From Amoebidium appalachense (taxonomy: Eukaryota; Protista; Ichthyosporea), in contig CAVNZM010000014.1 in NCBI GenBank assembly GCA_963693365.1, forward strand, positions 62,001-126,000: a DNA stretch of 64,000 nt, given 5' to 3'. Shown one piece after another: positions 1 through 12,144 of this stretch (position 1 is its first letter; the number at the start of each line of letters is the position of its first letter). The translations under genes were made by a program, and so were the position numbers. The notes under the pieces were generated by a model. That model saw only the letters and a list, made by a program, of their open reading frames with translations. It ran no database searches and was not told the origin of the DNA.

Positions 1-22
1 ACACACACGTACACACACACAG

Positions 23-490
23 GAGCATCGACGTGAGGACATAGTAGACCTCAAGGGCATGGTGATTGAGCTGCTACGACACTTTGCTGCAGCCACAGGC
101 AAGCAGGCACAGAGGATCATTATGTATCGTGATGGGGTGGGGGAGAGCATGGTGGACCAGATAGCAAGGACAGAGCTGCAGGCACTGAGGAACGCATACA
201 AGGCGCTGTATGGGAGGGTGTGTCCTGTTGCTTTCATCAACGTGCAGAAGAGAAACAAGTGCAAGCTGTTCCCGAATAGGAAGGGGGATGGCGACTTTAA
301 GGTGCGTGGGTGGGTGGGTGGGTGGGTGGGTGTGTATGGCAGTGATTGGGGTGGGATGGGGCGGTAGTGTGTGTGTGTGTGGAGGAAGGGGGGGGGGGGG
401 GGGGGGGGGGGAGAGAGGGGGCAAGGGAGATAGGGGGTGGTGGTGGTTGTGTTGGTGCGTGTGTAGGTAGGTAGGTGCGTATGTGTGTGT

Positions 491-523
<33 letters not shown>

Positions 524-869
524 GTAGTGGTTTGAGGGTGGTGGTGGTGGTGGTGGGGGCGGGGGGGTGGATTAATGCTTGATAATGGTGGTTAGACAAT
601 TTACCTGTGTTGCTTCGACTGGCCATGTGCATACTGGGGCACATACAGTCAAACACTTTGTGCACGTGTCGGCGTTGATGCTGTGTGTGGTGCTGTTTTG
701 TGCTGTATGTTAATGTGTGATGGAGGGCGGAAGGGGGAGGGAGGGGAAGAAGGGGCTAAGGGGAAAAAGAAGCAGGGGAAGGGGGGGTGGGGGGTGGGGG
801 TGTGTGTGTGTGTGGGGGGGGGGGGATTGGAATTAAAAGGATATCGCTGACTGAGCTGTTCCGTACCCT

Positions 870-900
<31 letters not shown>

Positions 901-1524
901 CCCCCCCCCCCCCCCCCCCAGCCCCCAACCCCTCTCCCTCCCCGAGCATGCAGTCACTGCCATCCACTTTCTGGACATTGCACCTTCAACGCTGCCCCAC
1001 CTGCACAAGTCAAATTAACACCGCATTGCCAGTCCCCCCCCCCCCCCCCCCTCTCCGTCTTCTAATCCCGCTTCCTCGTCCTCCCCTCCCCCCCCCCCCC
1101 CCCCCCATCATCCTCCGCACTTTTTTCTCCCTTTCACCCTCTCCCCCCCCCCCCCTCCTCCCACGTGCGCGCGCGCGCACACACACACGTACAGGCCAAC
1201 CTTATGCCAGGCACGGTAGTAGACACGGGGATCGTGCACCCAACCATCTTCGACTTCTTTCTGTGCAGCCACCAAGGGCTCAAGGGCACCTCCAAACCCA
1301 CGCACTATCTGCTGTGGTTTGATGACTTGGGGTTCACCAGTGACGGCATACAGGAGCTGACAAACAGGCTGTGCTATGTGTATGCCGCATGCACACGTGC
1401 CGTGTCTATCCCTGCCCCTGCCTACTATGCTGACCTGCTAGCTGAGAGGGCCAGGAAGTTGGGCATAGAGGATATGAGGACTGCACTCAAGCCAGAGTTG
1501 GCTAGGAGGGTGTTTTACTGCTAG
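23..1524 (+). CDS. AGO: Argonaute, C-terminal PIWI domain (last two exons, 23-301 and 1195-1524; 5' part lies outside the window)
   Basis: The spliced translation [14 protein letters not shown]...[12 protein letters not shown]...[14 protein letters not shown]...|[38 protein letters not shown]...[29 protein letters not shown]...VFYC* contains the PIWI motifs [26 protein letters not shown] and SIPAPAYYA. The GT-AG intron 302-1194 is phase 0. Confidence 0.96.
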
Positions 1525-1609
1525 GCGGTGGGTTAGGAGAGGCAGGATATGAAGCGGGTTTTATTTATTTATTTAATCATCAACTTAGTTGTTTGTTATT
1601 TATTTTTTT

Positions 1610-1640
<31 letters not shown>

Positions 1641-1679
1641 CTTCCTTTCTTTCTTTCTTTCTTTCTTTTTTTTTTTTTT

Positions 1680-1718
<39 letters not shown>

Positions 1719-2188
1719 ATTCAAGGACACGAAATGTGTGAAAATGTATATATATGTAGAAAGAAACGAGGCTGTATTCTTCAAACCTTGCTGGGTATCC
1801 CGGGGGCTAAGGGGGTCTTCTACCCGTTTGCATCTGGTACTAATATTACTAATATCATACCATATATATATATATATATATTATATTGGTGCGGGTAGTC
1901 AACACAGCTGGGAACTTGCTATGCACTTGTGTGCTCTAGTGTGCGACTTATTCCCTGCAGCAAGGTGCTAGTTTGGCATAGCGGATAGCTTTGCTTGGCT
2001 GTGTGCTTGTAGGAAGCATGTCTGTACTTTATCTCGTTATTAGGGAAACAAATGATGTGATGTCTTGTCGATTCACCTTTTAAGCCCATGTAAATTATAA
2101 ACAAATATATGCGCCGACTTCTGGGGCACACATGGGACAGTTCGCCTCAGGCATACGATGTCAAAGTGCTGTGTGCGCGTCTGAAAAA

Positions 2189-2222
<34 letters not shown>

Positions 2223-4321
2223 CAGTTACAGATTGGCTCATGTACTTAGCAACTTGGGCAAGTTAATATATTGGGTGTTTGTGTGTGTATGTGTGTGTGT
2301 GGGGGGGGGGGGGAGGGGGGGGGGGGGGGGGGGGGGAGGTTTAAATCAGTGCGGCGGTGCTGGTTTTGGTGGCCATGGTGTGGGTGGGGCGGCCGGTGTG
2401 TGGGATGTGTGTGTGTGCGTGTGGGGGGAGGGGGGGGGGGGGGGGGAGGTGCTGCTGTTCAACCGGGTGGTGGGGTGGCCCGGGGGTCGGGTGGTGTGTG
2501 GCCGGGGGGGATGGGAAGGGGGCCCCCGGGGGGGAGGGGGGAAGGGGGGGAAGGGGGGCGGGGGGAAAAGGAATGGTGGTGGTGGTGGTTTTGGTAGTGG
2601 GGTGGGATGGGATGGGGTATGGGTGGGGGGATGGGGGTGGGGTGCCCGGGAGGGGGGGGGGGGGGGGGGGGGGAGGGGGGGGGGATCATAAACATGTTCA
2701 TAATGATTGCCATGGCGCACCATGGCACGACTGTATAAATACATTTCATAAAAAGACCAAAAGTTCCGTTAATTATCCTATGACCCATGTTGACTGTCAA
2801 TAATTACAGTCCGCCACTTGGTACCTGTAATATTAATTAACGGTTGAGAGGTGTGCGCGGAGCCTGGAGCAAAATAGTTTGCAACCACAGAAAAGTGAAC
2901 TTTCGGCTACGACAGAGTCTGACACGAGCTCCACCAAGGCACGCTTACAACGGACTGTGAAAAGCAGGAAAATATTATGGGACTCGCATGAAAGAGACAG
3001 AGACATCTAATTAATTAGACAGGTGCGTCTCGTTGATGGGCATTTCAAAGGGGGATCCGGCAGTGATGCAGCAAAGGGGTGAGAGGCGGGCCAACTCGTG
3101 GGCACTCCTCATGGCTGGTTCGCAACAGCGTGGTGTTGGTATGGTGGCAACCCCCTAGGCCTTTGACCGCAGTTTATTCTGGCAAACAGCCTCTAAGTAT
3201 GCCACAGCCTGCTCTGCCAGCCTCACAGTCACGGTGTGACTCAAGTTATGTCTCGACGGCACGCGCAGGGCCTGTGCAGCTTGTCGGGAGGCCATGAAAA
3301 AAAAAAAAAAAAAAAACGGTCGCTGAGGAATTGCGCACAAGCGTGATCTTCCACCAATCCATAGCCTTAGATTTGGCGCCAAAAAGCCAACATTAACCAT
3401 ATATGGTTCGAGTCAATCGGATTGTTCGGAGGCTCATTTGGAGAACAGGGCACATCTAAGTTTAACACAGGGCAGGGGCAGGGCCGTAAAACTGCCACTC
3501 CGCCAGCCCACCAGAGCACACCCTTTCTACCGACACTCTCTTTGCTGCCCACCACTGCACCCTATGGTGTCGCCACCACACCGCCACCATGCTGCTACGA
3601 ACCAGCGCCCCAACGACGGCCGGTGAGTTTGATACCACTCCTCCCCATCCTCTCACCCTGGCTGGGCTACCCCCTCCCTCTCCCAGTCACACCAGGAATG
3701 CCAAAGGAACTTAAGAAGGGAACGAATGCATGTGTGGTGATGGTACTTGTCGGGAGGGTAGGAGGATCCGAAGGTGAGGTGAAGAAGGAACGAGGAGTGA
3801 AAGAGGGGGGGGGGGGTCATAATGTGGGTAGACACGGACTGTGTCTGCTGCTTGATAATTGTTGTATGTACATGTACACTGTAGTAAAGACTGCAATCAT
3901 ACAAGGTTGGCAAGTTGTGGAACACACATGTACAGAGGGTCAGTTTCACCTAGCCTCCCGGGCGGGGGGGGGGGGGGGGGGGGGGGAGGGGAGTACGGTA
4001 TGACCCATGAATGATAATGATCAAATATGCCATGGTTGTGTTGCAAGGCTTCGTTTTGTGCCCATTAACCTACTAATGTGACAATGCACGGGTGTGTGGT
4101 ACATACACACAGCCACACAAATGCAACATACACGTTTTTTGACCCAGCAGTTTATTTGAGACATCTTGCAACTGTTTTGCATACACAGTAGGCATTGGTC
4201 ATTGTTCACTTAAACTTTATCACGCACTGTTTCTCTACGGCAGTGCATTCACATGCCTCTGCTATCTGGTGCCAATCATCAGCTAAAACCTCGATAATTT
4301 CACCCCTCGGTTTCACCCCAC

Positions 4322-5138
4322 CTACATTCTTTTCCCAAATACCTTCCCGATAAACCTCTCACCCAGCAACTTATGCACAGCAGTGGTTGGGTGGCCCGAA
4401 TCGAAAAGCACGTGCTCATTTGCATCGGTACACACCACCATGGGGGCGGCATTTGGGTCCGGGCCACCCCCAGAAATACAGGGTGCGGTGGCATTGTGGA
4501 AATTTGCGGGGGGGTTTGCAAGGATCGACCGGAAATGGGTGAAGATGTCGTACCACACAAAGTGGCCCTTGTTTGCTTTTGCATAGGTCAGGTAGGCGCT
4601 CTTGAGTTCTGGTGGGAGTTGTAGGATGGTGAGTAAATGTGAGTTAAATGGTGTGGCAGGCCGGTATGTGTGTGGGGGGAAAGGACATCAATAGCTAGAT
4701 AGGATTTTAGAGTTTTTTGAGGGTTCAAGGGATGTTGCACATGATGGGTGTAGGTGGATTTTGTTACGACCCCCCCCTCTCCCCCCCCCCCCCCCTCTCT
4801 CTCTCTCTTGCCCTCTCTCTCTTTTTTGAAAAAGAGGAAGGGAGGGGGGAGGGGGGGGGGGGGAGGAGGAGGGGGAGGGAAAAGCAAGGGGTGGGGCGAA
4901 GTTGGGGAGGGAGGAGGAGAGGGGGGAGTGGGCGAAGTGGGGGAGGGGAGGAGGAGAGGGGGGAGGGGGGGGGGGGAGGGGGGGGGAGGGGGGTTGGTCC
5001 GAGGCAAGAAGTAGCAAACAGCAAGGTGTCAACCAAACTTCACAGGGGGGGAAGGGGCATGCAGGGGGGTAGGGCCCGGGGAGGGAGGGGGTTAGGGGGG
5101 GGGAGGGGGAGGAGGAGGACGTGTGTGTGTGTGTGTGT

Positions 5139-5184
<46 letters not shown>

Positions 5185-7051
5185 TGTGCGCGCCTGCGCA
5201 TTCGAACGTCTGTGACTGTGTCTGTGTGTGTGTGAGTATGGTTATGTCAGTATCCGTGTGTGTGGTTTTTTTGAGGCAATTGGGTAGGGGAGGAGGGGAA
5301 GAGTGGAAGAAGAAGCGGAGGAATGTGGGGGTGGGAGGAGGGGCATCCTACTTGTGTTGATGTCAGCAAGCAGGGCCTCCTCCTTGTCCCCCTTGCCGGG
5401 GGGGATGAACACAGGGTTGAGTACGATGCGCCTTGCACCAGCCCCGTACAGAGTGCCCACAATGCCCATCAGAGCACTCACTACCTCCTGCGCAGGGACG
5501 CTGGCACCTGCCACCCACAGTGTGACGTCAGCAACGGCCCAATGGCACACTCTCAGACCCCACATTGCCCCGATGCCCCCCTCCCCCCCCCTCCCCTCTC
5601 TCTCTCTCACTCCCCCCCCCCCCCCCCCCCCCCCCCCCCAACACTTACACAAACACATAAGGCCGGTGCCCTCGTCTTTGGCCCCGCCCACCTCAAGAGT
5701 ACTACCATGCACCACTGTGTGGACATGTTAGGGACACACACATTCCCCCCTTAATCCCCCCCCCCCCCCCCCCCCCCCCCCCACCCCCTCCACCCCCCTA
5801 CCTACCCCCTCTCCCACTGCGTGCACACTCTTTTGCAGCCGTATACCGTGATGCCGTGGTTTCGTAATCTTTGCGTGTTTGTGCGCTGATTCGTTCTGTG
5901 CCTAGGACACTTAATATTTGGGCGTGTTTGCGTTGTGATTGCTAGCACCTATACGCAAGGGTAGAGCTAAAGTGGGTGTTCTTATACTCGCTTAGTTCTG
6001 GCTATGTGCCCGAATTATTTTCCTACTCACACCATTTCAATCTGAGGGCATTTCAATCTGAGGGGGTGATTGCACACACCAGACTGCATGATGTCATTGC
6101 CCCCACCCCAGATGACGTACAGCTGTTTGTTGGTGGGCTTGGTGCCGTTGAGGTACATGGCCACCTGCAGCAGGAGGGGGGGTTCAAAACATCAGGGGGT
6201 CTTTCTTCAAATTTGAACCGCATGTATTTCTTTTCTGTGTGTTTTATTTTGGGAATAACAAATGTAGAGATATCATTTGGCCTATTTTGTGCGGCAGCTT
6301 CTCAACCAGATTCTGAGTGCTATGGTGCTTGCGCATATTAAATGCCAGTTGAAGTTAAAAACTTCCCCTGGGAAGATTCCAAAATAATGCATGCGTGCAT
6401 CCAATGCAATGTCTTGAGGGTGACCCCCCCCCCCCCCCCCCCCCTCTCCCCTTCCCCCCCCTCCCCTTTCCCCCACCAGCCCACCCCCGCCCCCCCCCCT
6501 TTGTGTGTTTATTTATTTGTCACACTCAAAGGTTTCATCAAGTAAAGTCAGGGCCCTTACCGCCTTATCCATGGGTGTTGGGGCTGGGCCCATGCCCATA
6601 GGTCCCCCCTGTGGCATGGAACTATTTCCAGTGCCGCTCTGAGCCATCCCGGTGGGCGGAGCAGCAGCGGGGGCAGAGGCTTTGGTCCCGGGGGCGGCAA
6701 GGGTGTGGGAGGTGGAGCCGCCAAAGGCACGGTCGGTGAGCGGTACACGCAGCTTATCGGCAACATACTCAATCCACACGGGACCATCTGGGGAGGGCGG
6801 TAGTCAGGAATCATCCGGTGATCATGAGGTGTAAGGGTTCGTGTTTCTGAGCTGCAGTCTGAAAAGTAAACATCTTTGATATATGGCTCGAGCTCTATAG
6901 AAGTCAAAGGCACTTCCAAATTTTCTTCAGGTAAAATTTGCGGGCACGAATTGCACATGAAAAGAAGCCGTTATCACGTGCGTCCTCGCCAGGTTAGAGT
7001 GCTCGTGTGGTCTAGACAGTTTTTTTTTTCTGGGAAGGGGAGGGGGGGACT

Positions 7052-7084
<33 letters not shown>

Positions 7085-7396
7085 GAGGGGGGGAGGAGGT
7101 GGAGGTCCCATGGGGATAGGGAAGGAAGAGAGGGTAAGGAGGATTAACGTTCTGTCTTGAGTGCGTCTTGTTAAGCGGTGGAGTAGGCACATAAACAACA
7201 TACTTGAAAAGCGGCCGTTGAAGAAGGGGGGTGAGGGAGGCAACTTCATGCCGCTCAGCTTGTAGGTGCCGTTGCCGTTGTCTGACAGGGAGTCGCCAAA
7301 CAACACAATGTCGCTAGGCCTCCCCACACCTTTGGCCCTCGCACCATCTGTGAACCCGGCCATAAAGGCAGCCGCCAGAATAATTATTGTCTTCAT
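4322..7396 (-). CDS. Secreted GDSL/SGNH esterase-lipase; 5 exons (7396-7204, 6787-6561, 6164-6080, 5507-5352, 4608-4322)
   Basis: Signal-peptide-like start MKTIIILAAAFMAG; block I FGDSLSDNGN; GRFS|NGPVWIEY; block II AFGGSTS; block III IWGGGND; block V FDSGHPT. All four introns are GT-AG and the phases are compatible. Confidence 0.92.
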
Positions 7397-8626
7397 TTTA
7401 GTTGTTTGGGCATAAGGCACACAGTCTGATCTGGTGGGCGCAGTGCGAGAATGTGAGGAAGTTTATACATGGTGCCTGTACTTTATACCTGAGGCATCAA
7501 GTGAGTTCTCCAATCCGAATAAGCGCTACAACATCATGATTGGATGAGCTATGAATATAGCTATTTCGGGTAAATTGACTTCCAGAATTTGTGCGACAAC
7601 CTTTTTCGCGATTAGATGAAGGAGTGAAGTGCACGGGGGAAACACCGCCGCACGGTGATCATCATGCATGGGAGGCTTTGAATGCACATTTTGGCTGCCT
7701 TTTCAAAAGTGATCATGAAAGCAATGAGCAGAAAGGGTGGGAAAATATATCGAGCAGTTAGAATTAAAAAGAAAATTACTGCTGTACGGTGTGGTTAGGC
7801 GGTGGTTGCGATGTTTTCAAATCCAGTAGCAGTACCAAGTTGGACTGACCACTGTAATCCTGACGTGTTCTGACGTCACATTCCAATGTGCTCACCTTAT
7901 GCTGCGCTCCGGAAAACGCAGCTGCAGTAGGCCGTCAAATGTGCTGGCTGGGGGCCAAGATGATGTCCGTTAGTGTATGATAGCAATAAATAGACAGAAC
8001 TGCATGAACAGAACTGCAATTTCGAAGTCTTTACTGCTAAGCCAGTACTACAATAAATTGCTACATATCGATATACGCGGACACACATGCATATGTACAT
8101 GCACGTATATTTACACACAGTGGTAGAGCGGGCAGCTCCGGATGTGTGCGAGTTTCCAGCTGTTGCCACCGTGCCTAATAGCCAATTTGCTCTTTAGGAT
8201 CGGAGGCCTTGCTATTAGTTATTATTCTAGCCGAGTCCCAAATCATTCCATAGGGCATGCTTACCCATGCCCTCCCGGCCCTGTGCACGTGGGAGCCTGC
8301 GGCCTCTGTGACTCTTGTTACACTTGTAGATACGGTAGCCAGAATTCGGGAGTTCGAACGGGTGTAGGGTCGTATACTAACACGTACTGACGTGTTGCCG
8401 CACGTGCGACGTTATACATCTACTTGAGGCGGTCCTTTTTTGCAAAAAAAAAAAAAAAAAAAAGGGAGACACCGCCTCAGGAGGTGGTAGGGTCGTATAC
8501 AAACTCGTACCCTTACCGTCCCTCCCTTTATCCATCTACACACGCACACACGCACACACAAGCACACATTTTCTCTCTCTCTCTCTCTCTCCCCCCCCCC
8601 CCCTCCCCCCCTCCCTCTCTCTTCTT

Positions 8627-8694
<68 letters not shown>

Positions 8695-8785
8695 CCCCCT
8701 CCCCCCCCTCCCCCCCCCCCCCTCCCTCTCTCTCTCTCCCTCTCTCCCCCTCTCTCCCTCTTTCTCCCTCTCTCCCCCTCTCTCC

Positions 8786-8870
<85 letters not shown>

Positions 8871-8944
8871 CCCCCCCCTCCCCTTTCTCTCTAGATCTCT
8901 CTCTTTCTCTCTTATTATCTACGTCTATTCCTTTCTATCTCCAG

Positions 8945-8984
<40 letters not shown>

Positions 8985-9485
8985 CCCCGTCCCTCTCTCC
9001 CTCTTTCCCTCTATTTGCCCCTCAGAGTCTCCCCACCTCCCTCCCCTTCCCCTCCCTCACCCCACCCCCCCAACATGCACCCCCCCCCCCCCCCCCCCCC
9101 CTCCCCCCGCCTGTCCCCTTCGCTCTCCGAGGCTCATCTCTCTCTCCCCTCCTTTGGCCCCCTCCCCCCCTTCCCGTCTCTATAGCCCGTGCGTGTACGT
9201 GTTTGGGTGTAGTTGTACTATGTCCTAATAAGGCCAGATTGCACATGCAGGAATTAGCGCAGCAGCATGCAAAGGCGTGTCTGTAGCGCTCTGCCCACAC
9301 CTGCCTTGCTCACTCACCAAATCTATGCGGTAGGGCCCGGGCCATTGCAATTAGCAGCCAAAAGGGCAGCAAACTAGAACATGTGGGCCACCGAAAAGGG
9401 AGACGGTTGGCATGTACTGGTGCGGACACTTTCTTTCTTTCTTCCTTTCGTTCTTTTCAAAGTTTTCAAAGTTTCTCAAATGATT

Positions 9486-9644
9486 TCAAAGTCTTTCTTT
9501 CTTTCTTTCTTCTTCTACTTCTTCTTCTTCTTCTCCTTCTTCTTCTTCTTCTTCTTCTACTACTACTACTACTTCTTCTTCTCCTTGTTGTTGTTGTTGT
9601 TGTTGTTTGTTTTTTTTCCGTTCCTTTTTCTTTCTTTCTTCATT

Positions 9645-9678
<34 letters not shown>

Positions 9679-9705
9679 TTCCTTCCTTTCTTTCTTTCTT
9701 TCTTC
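9486..9705. repeat. Compound microsatellite (TTC)n/(TAC)n/(TTG)n/(TTTC)n
   Basis: Directly visible; abuts the 9710-9796 hairpin. Confidence 0.95.
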
Positions 9706-9709
9706 AAAT

Positions 9710-9796
9710 CTTTTGATCGGCCATAACATGCCAAATCCGATTACAGCTTTGAGAGGCCGCTGTAATCGGATCTGGCATGCCATAACCAATCAAAAG
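9710..9796 (-). ncRNA. Candidate hairpin RNA (pre-miRNA-like) or small palindromic MITE
   Basis: 38-nt inverted arms (9710-9747 and 9759-9796) around an 11-nt loop. There are 32 Watson-Crick pairs, and the 6 mismatches are all G:U on the minus strand. Confidence 0.45.
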
Positions 9797-10595
9797 GGGG
9801 ACCCATAAATATGTTGCACGCCTGTAGACAAAGCCGTGCCTTTTAAGGCATGTTACTGGGCACCATCTCAGTTTGTCATCCCTCTCATTTTGATCGGATT
9901 TCATGTATGTGCAGTTGTGAGTGCAGGTGTGTGGACATCCGTGTATACAGAGAGTGGTGATTGCACCGTGGCTACATATGTCCACCAACCCAAGCTACAC
10001 GTGCACACAGGCGTGCGGGCACACACACACACGCACACACACGTACACACACACATACATACACACACACACACAAAACACACAAACACAAACACACAAA
10101 AATACACACACAAAACACACAAACACACCACATAAACACACAAACACACACACACAAACACACATACTGTCGTGCCCACACACTCAGAGAAATACGTGCA
10201 CCGTGATGATACGTGCACACACACAAACACAAGGTGACGTATGTAGCAATTACTGGCAACTAGCTATAATAAGAAAGGCGCTGCACGTACATAAACACTC
10301 GCAAACACTACTCCTACAGCTTATCACAAATAGCCGACACCCAGCCGGCAGGTGGTGTGCCACGCAGTTGGTTGCGCACGTGGTCCAACACACCGTGTTA
10401 AATATGCACAACTGGCACACAACCGCTCACATGAACACACACGTACACATGCATGTGCACTGAAAACACGCGGCTACACAAACACCACATGTAGGCTTAC
10501 GCGTGCACACATGTACAAGCATGCACACACACAAACACGCGCATACACACATACACACGCGCACCCGCAAATACGCACACACGCGCGCACACACA

Positions 10596-10639
<44 letters not shown>

Positions 10640-11218
10640 TGCACATACGCGCGCGCGCACGTGAACAAAGGCACGGATGCAGGGTAGTGGTTGTACGCCG
10701 AATGCAGGACACAGGCCCGGCATGCACGCACACTCACAGACATGCGCAGGCGCGACATCGTAGGTTACACACACACACAAGCACTTTTCTCTCTGTTTCC
10801 TTTGTTCGCATTCAACCCCCCCCCCCCTCCCCTCCCCCCCCCCCAGCCCCTCCCCTTCCCCCCCCCCCCCCCCCCCCCCTTCCCCTCCTGCCCCCCTGAA
10901 ACCCGCCCCCTTCCCCCTCCTCCTCCCCACCTTTATACTTTCTGGTGCACGCACTTGAATGCATGCGTAGCAAACAACACACCTACACGTGCACACATCA
11001 CGCACACCCTGTGCGCGCACACCTGCGCACAAACACATGCCTGTGGTACACTGCGCTCTAGTCAGACGATTTTCAAGGACACTCACGCGCGCGTTCGCGG
11101 AGGCCCACGTTCAGCAGACCGTACTAAACAGGGAGGGCACTAAACCACCTACACGCCCACCCCCACCCACCCCCCGCCCACCAATGGCCACCCACACGCA
11201 CGCTCACGCGCACGTGTG

Positions 11219-11297
<79 letters not shown>

Positions 11298-11319
11298 GCG
11301 CGCGCACACACACACAGAG

Positions 11320-11438
<119 letters not shown>

Positions 11439-11556
11439 CTTCGGGGAGGGGGAGAAGGAGTAACACTTGTTGGAGGAGTGGAGGAACCCGAGCGAAGGAA
11501 GGAGCAGAGAGTGAGAGAGGGAGGGAGATGCACGTATGAGAAGTAGCCCCGGAACT

Positions 11557-11595
<39 letters not shown>

Positions 11596-12082
11596 GAGGG
11601 GGGATGTGAGAGGAGGGGGTGGCCGTGGGGAGGGAGGGGTGAAGGGCCGCGTGCCGGGGGGCGGGGGCGGAGGAGGGCTCCCGGAGGAGGGGAGCTACTC
11701 CCGCGGGAATATGTAGGTAACGCCTTCATATTATCGCACACAACACTCTTAAGCCAATCATCCAATACGACCCGCCACTAACACGTGTTCAAGGGCCCCT
11801 CGTGCACGTCCAGCGGAGGCAGGCGGAAAAAACAGCTAATCAAAAAGAGCCATGGCTATTAGTCTCCAAGGATATGTACCCACTGGCTTACGTAAGTGGC
11901 CGGGCACTACTACGCGGCGACATAAAAAATAAAAAATAAAAATAAATAAATATAAAAAAGAGGCCGCAGGGAAGACAGCACTCAGACTACATGGCTATCC
12001 ATATAAAATAAAATTATCGCGATGGTGATTCGGCCAGAGAGTATCACAACAAGCCGTGTATTTTGATTGGTGTATCAGCACA

Positions 12083-12125
12083 ACCAATCATCGCCGGTAT
12101 AGGGCTGCCTCGAAGGTATATAAAG
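12083..12125 (+). promoter_or_regulatory. Pol II-type promoter (CCAAT plus TATA)
   Basis: CCAATCA at about 12084 and TATATAAA at about 12118, followed about 25-30 nt later by a pyrimidine tract (ctttctctttccctc). Further CCAAT boxes lie at about 11754-11766. Confidence 0.55.
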
Positions 12126-12144
12126 CAGCCAGTCGCCTGTTGAC

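Noticed and set aside
858-870. gttccgtaccctc + poly-C shared with about 62689-62702
   Set aside because: A 13-nt match is expected by chance in 64 kb and there is no extended homology.
3560-3735. Possible small + strand spliced gene (gccaccATG, GTGAGT donor at 3623)
   Set aside because: It is very short, with no recognisable product or consistent downstream exons.
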